Below are positions 1-13,000 of a stretch of DNA of 64,000 nt, piece by piece. The DNA comes from Paraspadella gotoi. Taxonomy: Eukaryota > Animalia > Chaetognatha. The stretch's first letter is position 1. Each line of letters starts with the position of its first letter. The position numbers and the translations under genes are program-made. The stretch lies in the NCBI GenBank assembly GCA_051294375.1, contig CM119271.1, positions 13,826,372-13,890,371 of the forward strand, in the 5' to 3' direction. The notes beneath the pieces were generated by a model, which was given only the letters and a program-made list of their open reading frames with translations, was not told where the DNA came from and did no database searches.

Positions 1-969
1 TCCATTGCGTCGTTTGCGGCGAACTCTTTTCCAGTCCGGGAGTCTTGAGTCGGCACGTCCGCGTCGTTCACGAGGTGAGGCGCTGACGTCGTGGATCGGA
101 TAGTCGTTTTGGGGGCAAATAATTTGTTTTTTTTTATTCCGGAGATGCAATCGAATCATTTGTGGAAAGATTTGGAATGATCTATTTGAATAATAATTGG
201 AAAACTAAATCATTATTAAAAGTATTGCTAAAACCGTAAAATAAGACTACTATGAAAACTGTATCAAAAATATGAGAAATGGTCTAAACTGCTACAATAT
301 GTAAATGAGATTGAAGAACTCAATCTCATTTGAAATGAACCACAAATTATTCTGCTACAATGACTGATGAGTCTTGTTCAACTGGTTGTTTTTAGTTGTT
401 TTTTTTTTTTCAATTTTTTAATCTTCTCGATATTTTACGTTGCGAATATTGGAAGTATTTTTTTGTCAGTAGTGGTCTTCAGACTTACGGGCGTCTCGTT
501 CCTTATTCATTGCAGAAAAAGTCGAACAAAATTAGCTGCGATGATTGCGGACAGTATTTCGCGGATTCTTCCATTTTGCGGAGACACGTGGTCAGCGTTC
601 ACAAAAAGGTAAGTGAGGATCCGTGAATATTGGCAACGATGGTCGTCGACAACGTTTGTGCCGCGTTCCCTTCAGCTTTTCGAGTCGGAATGCGTGATTT
701 GCGGCAAGATCTTCTCCAACTCTTTCGCCGTCCGGCGTCACGTGAGGGAACTCCACGAGCACGCCAAGGAATTCCCTTGCTCTCTTTGCGACCGATCCTT
801 CGCCCGTCGAGATCTCCTCAATCAACACGTCAAACGGATGCACGAAGACGACAGGAGATTCTCTTGCTCGCCGTGCGGGAAGAGGTTTCTCTTGGAGGCG
901 GAGTTGTTGGTGCACGAGAGGGGAAAGAGGCACGCCGAGAAAGTGGCGGAGAGTCGGGAGTCGGAGTAG
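1..969 (+). CDS. C2H2 zinc-finger protein, 3' part (exons ~1-74, ~516-608, ~676-969)
   Basis: Successive C2H2 fingers (HCVVCGELFSSPGVLSRHVRVVH, CDDCGQYF..RRHVVSVH, CVICGK.., CSLCDRSF.., CSPCGKRF..) separated by GT-AG introns; stop TAG at 969; AATAAA near 1032. Confidence 0.85.
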
Positions 970-1735
970 AGGAATGGCAGAGTTTATTCGCTTAATACGG
1001 TTAATATTGATACTGTTAATACTTCAATACAAATAAATATTAACGTTAATCGTATTATTAATACGTATTAATTTTAAATGCGATCGATGACACGGTAATT
1101 AATAATGAAAAGTAGTTTTATTCATCAAAGCGCGAATGATAATACCATAGGCTGAATTCATATTAAAATGTTCTTCAAAAGTTTATTTCCAACACGAGAT
1201 CTGGTGAAAAAGTTCCCCCACCCGCCCCTGATTCTTTAGTGCCTCTGTCCCCTCTCACAACGCGTGTCGTGCCTTCTAGTCAGCCTTTTTGATCGTAGGA
1301 ATAATTTATTATTTTGACAAATTTGAATCCAATTTCAATTTGTTAGTTTAGTGTTTTGCGTTACAATTTTTATTTCATTTTTCTGATTTAGTTTGAGTTT
1401 GACTGAAATTATCTTTTGTTTTAATCTCGACTTTTTTTTTTTTCCTCTGTCGGATTCAACGTCAACCGAGCAACTGATGAGTGATGACTTTATCTTTTCA
1501 GCTGTTAAAATTATCGTCTCAGTTAGAAACACAATGTTAAAACTAAAAAGTCGAATATTATATTATATTCGTTGATGTATTTTGGTATTTTTTCGATCCT
1601 AGTCGCTATTATAACGATATTGATTGTTCTTGGAACCTACTCGGTTCGTTTTTTTCGTTTGGAGATTAACTATTTATTAATTTCATACTATTTCATTAGT
1701 TCAATATAAGATCAGTATATCTCACGATTAAAACA

Positions 1736-4700
1736 ATGGGAAAAGCCCCGATAAGACGGTCTTGGTTGGAAAAACCCGCTCAGAGAAGAACGAGACAAAG
1801 TCTGAGAATAATCGGCGATGAATCGGCGACGCCGCTGCGGCCGCCGCCGCTGCAACCGACCCCGCCTCCGCCGCAGCCCAATGTCGGACCGTCGCCTCCG
1901 TCCCCTCGCCATACACTTCCCGCGCCAGGAACCGGAAAGCGGAAACGTGTCACGTTGACTCTGACGCCGGAGGAATTTCCGGCGCGAATTAAAAGAATCC
2001 GGACGGAAGGGGCGGACGTCGGGGCCGGACGGAGCCGGAAAAAGAAGGCGGAGCCGAGGATGAAAATTTGGGGACTAGAATCGGTGAGGTTTGGGTCATG
2101 GAAGGTTTTGATTTGTTTTGTTTTGATTTCTAATCACAGATCGACTAAGTCAATCATCGATCGATCATTTGGACAGTTAAATGTCGACATTTTTGTATTT
2201 AAATGCCCGCATGAGCGACTCGGTTTCTTTTTTGTCCATCGATCGGTCGGTTTAAAAGTTAATTTATGTTTTGCACTAGGATTAGTTATCAATTTTGTTT
2301 TATAAAATTTATGTAATATTGAATTATCTTAGTAAATATGTCGGGCAACACTTTCTAATTACCATTTCGTTTTCCTTCGCAGACGATACACAAACGATCT
2401 CATCGCCACGATCGATCGAACCGCGCCGACAACGCCGTCAAAGAAACCGGCGTTTCGACGAACGACGCCGCGTCCGTCCTTCTCAACCACAATGACAGCC
2501 ACATCGACGACGACGACACCGACGTGATTTTCGTTAAAAAATCTCGAAAATCCGTCGAGTTAAAGATTTGTCTCTCGCCCGAGCGCCGCATCGAAAAGGC
2601 GCCGCCTCCGGGACGCCGACGACGCCGGTTGATGGAAGACGCGGCGGCGTGGAATGGAAGGTGGGAAAGTAGGCTGTTGAAGGGGGGTTAATGATAATTC
2701 GACGTCAGAGATGTTTAAGTTTGTCTATACTCTATAAGTATAATTATCAAAGGAAGTCAGCAAAGTCCATATTATTTTGTTAAAACTCAACATGCAATTA
2801 TTTACACTGATAAACTATATTAAAAAAGATAGAAAAAACCCGAATATTAACTAATTATGAAGAAGAAACACAAATATATGACAATTTTTATAATTTACTA
2901 CAATATGCAAATGAATACGAAGAAATCTCTGAAGACGATTAATATTTAATCTTCTCCCATTGTCCATCCCAGATGGAGTCTTCCGTCAAAACTGGAATCG
3001 GAGGAGGGAAGCGAGAGCGTCTCCGTCAAAGAAGAAGCCAAGGAGGAAGAGAAGAACCTTCGTCTTAGAGACGCGACGAAAGAGCAAAATGAGAGACAAG
3101 GTCGAAGAGACGCCGATAAAATTCACCAGACCCTCCAAGTGAAGCGCGAGGCTCTGGAGGCCGCGCTAAAAACGATGGGTTCGGCCACGCCCACCGTGAC
3201 GTCAAATACGACGGTGACGACCCTTCCTCTCGTCGACAAAAAGTTTATCGCGGAATCTCCGTCCAGCGATCGGACCGGCATCGACGGGATTGTTGGTGTC
3301 TGTGACGAAGGCGTTTCCGCCTCCATTACTTCAGCCCCGAGCGACGCCGTCAAGAGCGAGGCTCCCGTTTCCGAACACGAAAACGAGCGTCGCTTTCAAG
3401 ATGGCGTCGCTCGATCCCCGATTCCATCCCGTCGACTCCAATGCTCTTCCTCTTCCACCTCCACACCCTCCCCGACCCCTTCACCCAAATCTTTCTCCGC
3501 CCTTCTCCGATGCGGATCCGACGGGCCGCTTCAATTCAATTCGCCGCCGTCGCCATCGACGGCAGAACGCGATGGTCGACCGCGGATTGGACTCGTTATC
3601 GCGTCGCCTAGCGACGAGCGAAACCCACGCCGTGTGGTCCCAAACGGTGTTGATCCTTTTCGTGGCGAGCTGGAAATGAAAGTATCGCAGTCCCGTGTTG
3701 GAGCCGATTCTCCCGAGCTTGAGGATAACGCTGACAGCGGCGCTGCGGCGGCGTCTGCGACTGCGGAACGGAAATGGAGATTTGGGTCATCGATGTGGAA
3801 AGACGAAAATAGAAAGGACGGGATGAAGTCGTTGTACGGAGACGCGAAAACGAACGGAGGGGGATGGACGGAGTTTTTAGATCCTGAGCGCCGATCGACT
3901 TCGTCGCCGCTCGTCGAAAATCGCGTCGGAAACAGAGGCGGCGCTCGCCTGGGCGATCGCGATGACGACGTCACCATTTTGGAAAGAAACAACAACAACA
4001 GCCATAACGTTTCAACTCCCGTCGATCGTCCTAACTCGAAACGCCGACGTCGTCACGACTCGAACGATAACTGGATCGCCGCTCGCGACGCCGATTCGAC
4101 TTTGACTCGGCGTCGTGGCGCCGAATCCGCCGGTGGCGGAGTGAAGTCGACGAAGAATTCGCGGCGTCGTGGAAGCGGCGTTCGATCGACGGGTTTATCG
4201 GGTAATGATTTAACTTGTCGAATTCGTGGTGACCATAGTAATATATAGTGGCGATCCTTAATAATTTGATTATATAATACAACGTAATTTAATGTAAGAT
4301 GGATGTGTGGGGCCTGTCTGTCTTGTTTATGGATTGAATGAATCATTTTGAATTGAAAGTATGGTGGACTAAAATCCACCAACCGTTCATCTGCGGCCAT
4401 TGGTGCCGGAGGCAAGTCATTCGCCTCCCAACCCAAAGGCCCGGGGTTCTAGCCCGGTGGTCGCCTCGTAGTTAAGAGTGACGGGGCGCTTAACCCGCCT
4501 GTAACACGGTGTTACAGCCTGATCCGAAGCTCAGGGACTGCTTATATTGAACGGTTCTGTCACTAACACAACAATTATTACTGTCGCTTCAAAAGAAAAG
4601 AAAATTGCCACTCCACTTTTTCAGGCGTTGACGGCGGAATCGACGAGACTTTCGGCAATCTCAAACTCGCCTCCTCCAAGTTTTCCGAGGATTCCCACGG

Positions 4701-4869
4701 CGGCGACGCTGGCGCTCTCGAACTCTTCAACATCAGCCTTCGCAGCGACAGAATTCAACTCAAGTGTCTCGTCTGCAACGATTACGCGCTCGAGTGCAGA
4801 AATCTTCAGGACACTTCCATTCTCGCCAACGTTTCTAATCACGTTATGGATCACGTGGACTTTTTGTGA
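1736..4869 (+). CDS. Uncharacterised low-complexity protein with a C-terminal CxxC..H..H motif (exons 1736-2083, 2383-2659, 2973-4201, 4625-4869)
   Basis: Four GC-rich exons join in frame through canonical GT-AG sites; the last exon reads ...IQLKCLVCNDYALECRNLQDTSILANVSNHVMDHVDFL*. Confidence 0.65.
4357..4600. mobile_element. Non-autonomous interspersed repeat (Helentron/HINE- or SINE-like) with a tRNA-Gly(CCC)-derived segment at 4393-4464
   Basis: Clearly homologous reverse-complement copy at ~39393-39613; hairpin GGTGGActaaaaTCCACC; inverted AACCGTTCA/TGAACGGTT; tRNA-like acceptor stem GCGGCCA/TGGTCGC and T arm. Confidence 0.75.
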
Positions 4870-5553
4870 AGTTCGCCGAGAGATCGCCAGGGAGATGTCT
4901 TGTTAAGAAAATTTTAGTTTAAGACTTACAACTCATTAACGTATTATCATGTGCGAAGAATGCTCGTCACATGGATCTAATGCCTTAGGCTTAGAACAAT
5001 AATCCATGACAAAATTTCACATCTGTTATCACAGGCGGATGACCTGTGAAAATGGAGATCAATTACGTCAGTTTTGGACGTTGAAATGGCCTATTTTGTT
5101 CTTTAATTTTGCTCACAAGAGGGTTTTTATTTACTACCTGAACAATGAACTCGCAAACAAATTGTGCCCGATTTTTTTTCTCTCAGATTTAATACAGTTT
5201 TTGTTGTTTTCGTTATTCGCTCCCACCTTGTTACTTTTATAACCAGTTGTACATTGTTTATCGCGAATGAAATTAAGATCTAATTTTTTTCGTTTTAGAT
5301 TTTGAATTGGGAATAGTTGAGCTGGGATCGTGGCGAAATCGTCGGATTGAGAAAGGATTTTGTGTTTGTCGCCTGTCACCTGACTTGTCCCGTCAATCGT
5401 CATCGTCACCATTAGACACCAATATACAGATGTGATGGACATTACATTAAAAGTTTTATTTTCTTTTTCGATTCAATATAAAGAATGACTCCTATAGAGG
5501 AAAAAGCGATGAAAACTTTACAAACTCATTGACGTCGAAATCGAAAAAAAAAA

Positions 5554-8500
5554 ATGGCGACGATCGATCCCCGACCCTTGACGAGGGAGGAACTATGGGA
5601 TCGCCTTTACGGCACCATGCAATCGCGTGGGGTCATTGAATCTTTGAGGTAACAAAAATCAAGACCTTATTGCAAATTATCACCTAATACAATCGCATAC
5701 AATATCTGCGCACCTTTTTCGCTCGTCAGATCCCAAATGCGTAACCAAGTTCTTCAAAATCTCGTCCGAGTGACGACCGACGCTCGCGTCGTTAACTTTG
5801 TCGAAGTCCCGACAGAAAACGAGAGGGATTTGCAGGTTTAATCTAATTTGCATATATTACGGTGGATTCTTTTGGTTACGACTCAAATCGAGGTTTTCTT
5901 GATATCGTTTTAAATTTTCAAGACGACGAACGCCCTGATCGCCAATCACCTTCGTTCCTGCGGATACGATTACTCTCTCTCCCTCTTCCTCCCCGAAGCC
6001 GGCGTCGCCTCCGTCGATGACGCCGATTCTCTGCTCGACGACCGATTCCGGGAAACGCGCGTTCCCCCCGGCGCCTCCGCCGGATCTCTTCTCCTCCGCC
6101 TCACGAACCGTCGGCCGAACCCGACGGCCGAATCGCCTCGTCGACGCCTCGAAGAAGCCGCCAGCCAAACGGACGAGGGTCTCGAGCCGTCCGGCGGACG
6201 AGCGACTGGAGGCTTCGACTCTCGTTTCCTCTCTTTGAAAAAGTCGCTGGAGGCGAGGAAGAGGGAGGAGGTGGAGGAGGAGACGAGAAGATTCAAGGAG
6301 GAGGAGTTGAAGAAGGTGGAGAGGGAGTTTCGCGAGAGGTTGATGACTGAGACGGAGACGGTGAGTGAAAATAAAAGTGGGTAAGATATCCGATGGGGAT
6401 GTTTTTGGTTATGGTATAACTATTGTCTTTATTCCTTAATTCTTTTCTCTAATATCTCTATCTCTTTATTTTTCTTATATCTTTTTTCTCTTTCTCCGTT
6501 TTTCGCCACTTTTTTGAGATGTCAGAAATTCGTCCCTCCCCTACCTTCCCGCCCTCCGTCTTCAGGTGCGCCGCGAATTGGAGGATCGCTACAAACGGCG
6601 CGAGGAACTCCTCGCGCAGCGAGAAGCCGATGCCGACGCTCGAGCCAAGCGGCGCCTGGACGATCGCGAGAGGGAGTCGGCGCGGCGCCGGGACGATCTC
6701 CTCGATCAAATCGAAAGGGGAAGGCTGAAAGAGGAGAACCTCAGGCTGCGCGAGGAGGAGATGGAGAGAAGGAGGGAGGACGAGGAGAGGAGAGCGAGAG
6801 GCTTGAGGGAATTGATGGAGGAGAGGGAGAGGTTGCTGAAGCAGAGGGAGGAAGAGATTGATGTCAAGGTTTCATTGGATTGGATTGGATTGATCGAGTG
6901 ATTTCGATTGATTGATTGATTCTTGTTTTGTGCCCAATTCCTAAAAAAAAAGGTCCGAACGGAAGTCCGCCGCATTCTCGTCGTCGGCGAAGAGGAGCGA
7001 GAGGAGCGATCGCGGCTCATGAAGCGCGAAGAGGAGCGATTGAAGGAGCTGGCCAACGAGCTGGAGCGACGGAAGCGGAAAGCCGACGGAGCGGAAGCGG
7101 AGGCGGAAGCGAACGAGGAGCGGTTACGGGAAGCGACGGCCGGTTGGAAGCGGGAGCGGGCGGCGCGGGAAGAAGCGGAAGAGGAGTTAATGAGGATGAG
7201 GAGAAGAGAGGAGGAGACGGCCGGAGCGGAGGAAGTGAATCGACAGAATAAGGAATTGAGGATGCACGTGGAGGAGGCCATGAAAAGGTTGGGGGGGAAT
7301 TCATACTTCATACTGTATTATTCTTTCATTCACTCGTTTATTTATTCATTCATCAGAGAGCGCGACGCTCTAGAAGCCTTGGAGGGTGAACGGATGGCGA
7401 TGGCCGATCTTCAGCACCACTTGACGAGCTGTTCGCCGGAAATCTTGGTCGCTTTGAAGACGCAGGTTTGTGCACTCCGGAAAGAATCGTATTTAGTGGT
7501 CATAATCTAAACCGTGTCTCCAATCCTTGTAGGTGGCGACCCTCCAACGCGTCGTCGAGCAGCAGCGCGAAGATCATCATCGAGAAGTGGATGAGCTCGA
7601 GACGAGGGCGGATGAGTTGCGCGGGCGGAACAAAGAGTTGGCCGCATTCGTGGAGGAACAGGGAAAGGAGATGCAGGGCGTCAATCAAACCGTCGCGGAT
7701 TTGCAGGTACGGATAAAGGAGAATGAATCAATGAATGAATTAGAAAAACAAAAATTAAGAAAAACATTCATTTTCAGCTTCAACTGCGACATTCTCAAGA
7801 AGCGTTGAGGATATTGAAGCAAGTCGGAATGGTGCCGCCGCCGACGACGACTACGAGAACCAGGAGGTCGGAGCTCGCCTTTGATTCAAGGTGAAGTCGT
7901 TAAGCCTCAGATTTTTTCCTGTTTTTTAAGTTGATAAAAGGTTGCAAACTTTCCCAGCCAAGAGGATATCAGCGAAGACACTCCTTCCAGCACTCCGTCC
8001 ACAAAGAAACGCTACGAGAGGCCGGTTCATTCCAATCGAAAAGATTCCGCCGCCAAAGCAAAAGCCCCATCGCAAACAGACACCGCCGCCGCCGCCCTCC
8101 GATCCGACTTTGCAGAAAACCGAGAGCGCATCCAAAACCTCATCGGCCAAGCGGAAGAGCTGCAGTCGACCTTCCAAAGGATCGCCGCCGCTCCGCCGGG
8201 TAAAGCGGCGGCGTCGACGCGTGAATACGAACGAACGACCACGACGGGAGGTGGCGCTTTTTCCCTGCGTCGTCGATTGCTAGACCCCGAGGATCGCGGC
8301 GCAACCGGCGGAATTAGCGGCAGTGTCAACGGCGGCGCCAAAAGAATCGGGGCGTTGGAATTTCTCGATCAACTCGGTCGCCGTCGCAGCGGGATAGAGA
8401 CGCCGCCTTCGAAGCTGAACGACGTTCTTCATCGCCGAGATTCTCCCCAACCTCTCGTGGAATCCTTCGACGCCCGCGACGCGCCTCGTCTTTCTTCCAC

Positions 8501-9803
8501 GCGGATTCGCGAGCGCCGTGACGATAACCGACGCCCCATCGTCTCGACGCCCTCGTCCGCTGTTCCGGCGCCTCTTGCAACGCCTATTCACGACGCCGGG
8601 GAAGCCGGAATCGGGCGGCGTCGTCGCGGACGGCGTCGTTCATCGGCGCCTTTAGAGATCAACTCGAATTTGTCGGATTACGAGAAGGAAAAATCGTTGA
8701 TGGAGAAAGATGATGTAGTCGATGACGAGAGAGACGAGTTCGGAACTCTGGCGGAGCAAGAGTTGGAGGCGACGACGATTCTCGATCAATCGGAGACGCG
8801 GGCCGTCGAGGCTTCCGAGTTGGAAGAGAGATTAATCCCTCCGGCGAAGAGAGATGCCGAGGAGGTTAACCCTAGTGGCGCTCGGGTTACCATGGCGACG
8901 GAGACACCCCTCGAGACTCTAAATCTTTCGGAACCAAAAGCCGAGCCGGCCCAAACGATTCCGCGTCCCGATGCGATCAACGCCGATCTCGTCAACGAGA
9001 CGCTCGACGAAACCAAGTGGCGCCCTTTAGAGGAAAGCGCTCTCTCGGCGCTGGGTGCCGGCGATGGCGATGCGTCGATGCAGCCGCTGATTCCGGACGC
9101 TTCTTTGGCGCCTTTGGAATTAGACGCCTCCTCGGCGCCGTTGCAACCGGACGCAACCTCGGTGGCGAATAATTTGAATGGAATTTCGGCGCCGGTTAAT
9201 TTGCACGCGACGGCGGAAAATCGGATTCGTCGAAGTCCTCAAGAATTCGAGGACACGATGGAAGAGTTCAAGGCGCCGCCGTTGTTGGCGAAAAAGCTTT
9301 CGTCGTCGTCGTCGTCGTCTTCCTCGTCTTTGTCGGGGAAAGAGGCCATCAGATCTAGGGACGACGCTTCGACAGGCGACACCGCAGCCACTGCGGCGAT
9401 TGCTGCCGCCACTCCCGCCGCCACCGCTTCGGCTTCTTCCTTGGATTTGGACGGAGTGAATTCTCGCAGCGGAAGCGAAGCCTCGGTGCACGTGAGCGAG
9501 AAAAACGTGAGCGGCGCTGTTGGCGGTCTCGTTGGCATCGGCGGCGTCTCTTCGAGTGAATCGAGTTATGATGAACCGAAAGTCGACGCAAATTCTGAGC
9601 GCGCCTCCGAAAAAGATCGGCCGACGCCAGCGCCGGAAGCCGCTGCTTCTGTCATGGACCCCGAATTACTCAAGTACGTTGAGAGGGCGGCGGCGGAGAA
9701 GCGGGCGGCGGCGGCGAAGGAAGAAAGCGACCTGAGTTTTGGCGGCGGCGCGGATTCTTCCGTCAGAGAAGAGTTGAGCGCCGGGAGCGAAGGATCCTGG
9801 TGA
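5554..9803 (+). CDS. OFD1: OFD1-like centriolar LisH/coiled-coil protein (multi-exon)
   Basis: N-terminus LWDRLYGTMQSRGVIESLRSQMRNQ; LisH motif NALIANHLRSCGYDYSLSLFLPEAG; long E/R-rich coiled coils; C-terminal ..SW*. Confidence 0.8.
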
Positions 9804-10030
9804 AATTGCAAACGTTAAAAATACAGAAAAGTGCCATATTCTAATTTACAATATCCTAGTTATAATGTTGATTACTATTACCTCCTACAATTCTTTTTTC
9901 AATCCATCGAATTTAAACCGAATTATTCCTCCGTCCATATTTTGCTTCTATTTTGATCGAAATTCGTTATTTGTTTATATTTTTTAAATAATCGTTAAAT
10001 CTTTATTCCCATATTTTTTTATGAGAAAGT

Positions 10031-13000
10031 ATGGCGATGAGCGGCGCCATCGATGGCGGCTTCGTCAGCGCCGCCCCCAGAGCCGGCGCGGTAACGGGCG
10101 TGGCGGTGATTCGTCGCAACCTCGAATCGATCGAATCAACTTTTCTTCTTCTCTCCGTCGACGAAAAACAAAAGGCAATCGCCGTCATCGTTCGCTTCGT
10201 GCAAAAGTTGCAAGATGAGGCCGATAGAGGGATTTTGAAGCAGAAAACGCCTCCTCCGGAACGCTTTGTTAAAGCGGAAAATTGCGTTGACGAAAAACTC
10301 GATCGAAGGGTTCGATCGAAACAAACTCCGCAATTTTTGCAAGTGGAACAATCCCTCCAACCGTTGGAACTCGACGATCTTCCCCGGCTGCTGCTGGCTG
10401 CTTCCCCGCGGCCGCTCGAGCAGCAGCAGTCTCCGCAGGTCTCAGATCGTCACCGCGACCCCGAAATTGAGGCTTCGTCGAAGGACCAATTGACGGCTTT
10501 GGATGACGTGGTTGACGACGACGCAATCTTGCAAAACTGTGCATTGGAGGTGGATTTGGACTTCAGCGCGTCCCCAGGGGAAATGGGCGGGGAGGCGTCT
10601 GCAGAGGCGGGGAACGTCGCCGACTCGATCGACTCTGCCGCTACCGAGGAAATGAAGGGCGTCGACGAAGACGTCGAGGACAACTCGAGACGATCTCATC
10701 TGTATTCTGACTTCGTTTGGGATGACGAAGACGACGAGGACGACAACGAAGTCCAGGATAAAGACGACGACTCTTGGGAACCGGGCGCCAAAGTTGCTCG
10801 AATGGTGACGAGAAAGAGGAGACGAAGGCGAGGTGCTTATGGAGAAAGTCCGAAAAAACGAAGAACCGGAACCGGCGTCGTAGGCGATTTCGATTTCGAC
10901 GCCGGACGCGATGGAGGTGGCGATGACGTCGTGGTCGGCGAAGAGAGAATCAACGGCGTCGGAATTTGCGGCGACGAAGACGACGGCGTTGAAGCCGTGG
11001 CGGCGTGGGTGTTGGACAAGATGATCGATTGCGTGGAGAGAGGGATCGAGTATGAAGCGAAGGATGACGAGGAAGAGAAGGTTAATTTTTTCTTATAAGT
11101 ATCTCGAATAAAAAAGTTTATTATTACGCAATTACATTATCATTCTATCTGATTCTAGGATCCCGCCGGAGATCCTTGCTCGTCCACGCCCGCTCCCCTT
11201 GATCGACCCCATCTCGAAACTTCCCTCGCCGAGCGAACGATGCTTCCCTACAAAGTGAGAATGTCCGCCGTCGAAGTCGCTCGCCTCGTCGCTAACGGCG
11301 CCCTCGAAACCAAAGACAATACCCCCACCGTCACTTCGACAGACTCTTCCACTCTCCCCACCTGCCTCTCTTGCGGCGCTGTCTTTCAACGACGCCGCCA
11401 ACTCGGCGTCCACCTACGCGACGACCACGAAGCGGCGGCGTTGTCTTGTCGCCGATGCCGTTGCCAATTTCTTAATCCGGCGGAATGGTTGCACCACGGG
11501 CCTTGCGGGTAAGTATTTATTATTATTATTATTATTATTAAACGTTATAAGCTATCTCATCAATTATTACAATAATCAAATATTTCATCAATACAATCGT
11601 GATTCCAATTCGGAAAGTTGAGTGCCCAACAGCGGGGATGTTATTTTGAGTTATCTCAAATGCTGCTATATGCAAATAAGATTGAAAATCCTAGTACAAT
11701 TTTGTATAATTTCATTCTTTATATTTCATAATATGTTTCCATTTCCCGACGCTAGTTCCTCGAGGACGCCGTCGGGCACGCCGATAGCTCCGACGGAACC
11801 ATCGACGGGCGTCTCGAAATTCTCTTGGCCAACTTCGCCAGTCATCGATCTTTATTCCTGCCCCATCTGTGGAGTCTTGATGGAATCCGCCCTCGGGTTG
11901 CAACGGCATCTCTTGAATCACGTCCGTAACCAATGCAGGTTTGATCCTTTCTAGTTTTCTTGTTAAAGTTTTGATATCGACATTATTCTCCTCCTGAAAT
12001 ACCAGAGTTTGTCTCCAACTCTTCCCTACGAAGAAACTCCTCTCCTCTCACCTGCAATCTTCTCACGACGCCAGCATTTCCGACTCCAAGTACATTTGTC
12101 GTTTTTGCCAAAGAAGATTTTCAAAAATAACCGCGCTCTACCTTCATTTAAAAGTAAGAGCGAATCGACGACGCAGTAGAAAAGAGACTCGTTTTCCTTT
12201 TGTTTACTAAAAGCTCTCGTCCTCAAGGTTCACGCGGATGGAGAGCAAAGGGTCTGCCTCAAGTGCGGCTTTTTGAGCGAAACGCAAATCGCCTTCGAAA
12301 AGCACATGCAAGCCCACGCCCTCCACGCTCAGTTCGCCTGCGACAAGTGTTCAAGGTAAACTTAAAAGGTTGAGGAGGAGAAAATGTAAAGGGTAAGTCA
12401 TGAAAAATGTAAAAGGAGATATAGAAATTCTTGTTTCTGTCCCTAGCACCTTCGATCGGGCCCAATATTTGCAGAGCCACTTGAAGTCTCACCAAAAGTG
12501 GGACTGCAGCATGTGCGACGAGAAACATTCGCAAAGAAGAGAATTCGAACAGCATTGCAGGTTGAAATTTTGCTTTTTTCTTTAATTATTTTCTTTTATT
12601 TATTTGTGTTGTTTTCCTCTTTTCACAGGCGCGCCCACGGTCTTCGCCTTATCGACGTCCGATCCTTCTCTTGTCCACATTGCCCCTCGATCGATTTTCC
12701 GTCGCGCTACAAACTCGGCGTCCACATCGCCGAGTCTCACGCCGACGCCAGGTTTTAATTTATGATCGGTTAATATCGAAATTGACTTCATGCGTATAAT
12801 AAATATTACTATCACTGTAGTACGTAAAATTATTTGATTATTTTGTATCAATTTCTAAGGCCTCATGTCTGCCGCATCTGCAAGCGGAGTTTCGATGATG
12901 AGGCCAAGTTGACGAAGCACTTGGAGTCGGAAACTCACCGGTTCAAAGCCGGCATTGCTAACAAAGGTGGCCCCAGTTATAGTTCAGTTTTCGCTTCGCT

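Noticed and set aside
364-400. CTGATGA hammerhead-core words at ~364, ~1474, ~35363 and ~39577
   Set aside because: No stem II plus GAAA follows any of them
4393-4464. Functional tRNA-Gly gene
   Set aside because: The anticodon stem does not pair, the T-loop is atypical, and it lies within a dispersed repeat
3123-11019. Numerous antisense and alternate-frame ORFs rich in R/S/P
   Set aside because: Shadows of GC-rich low-complexity exons, with no family motifs
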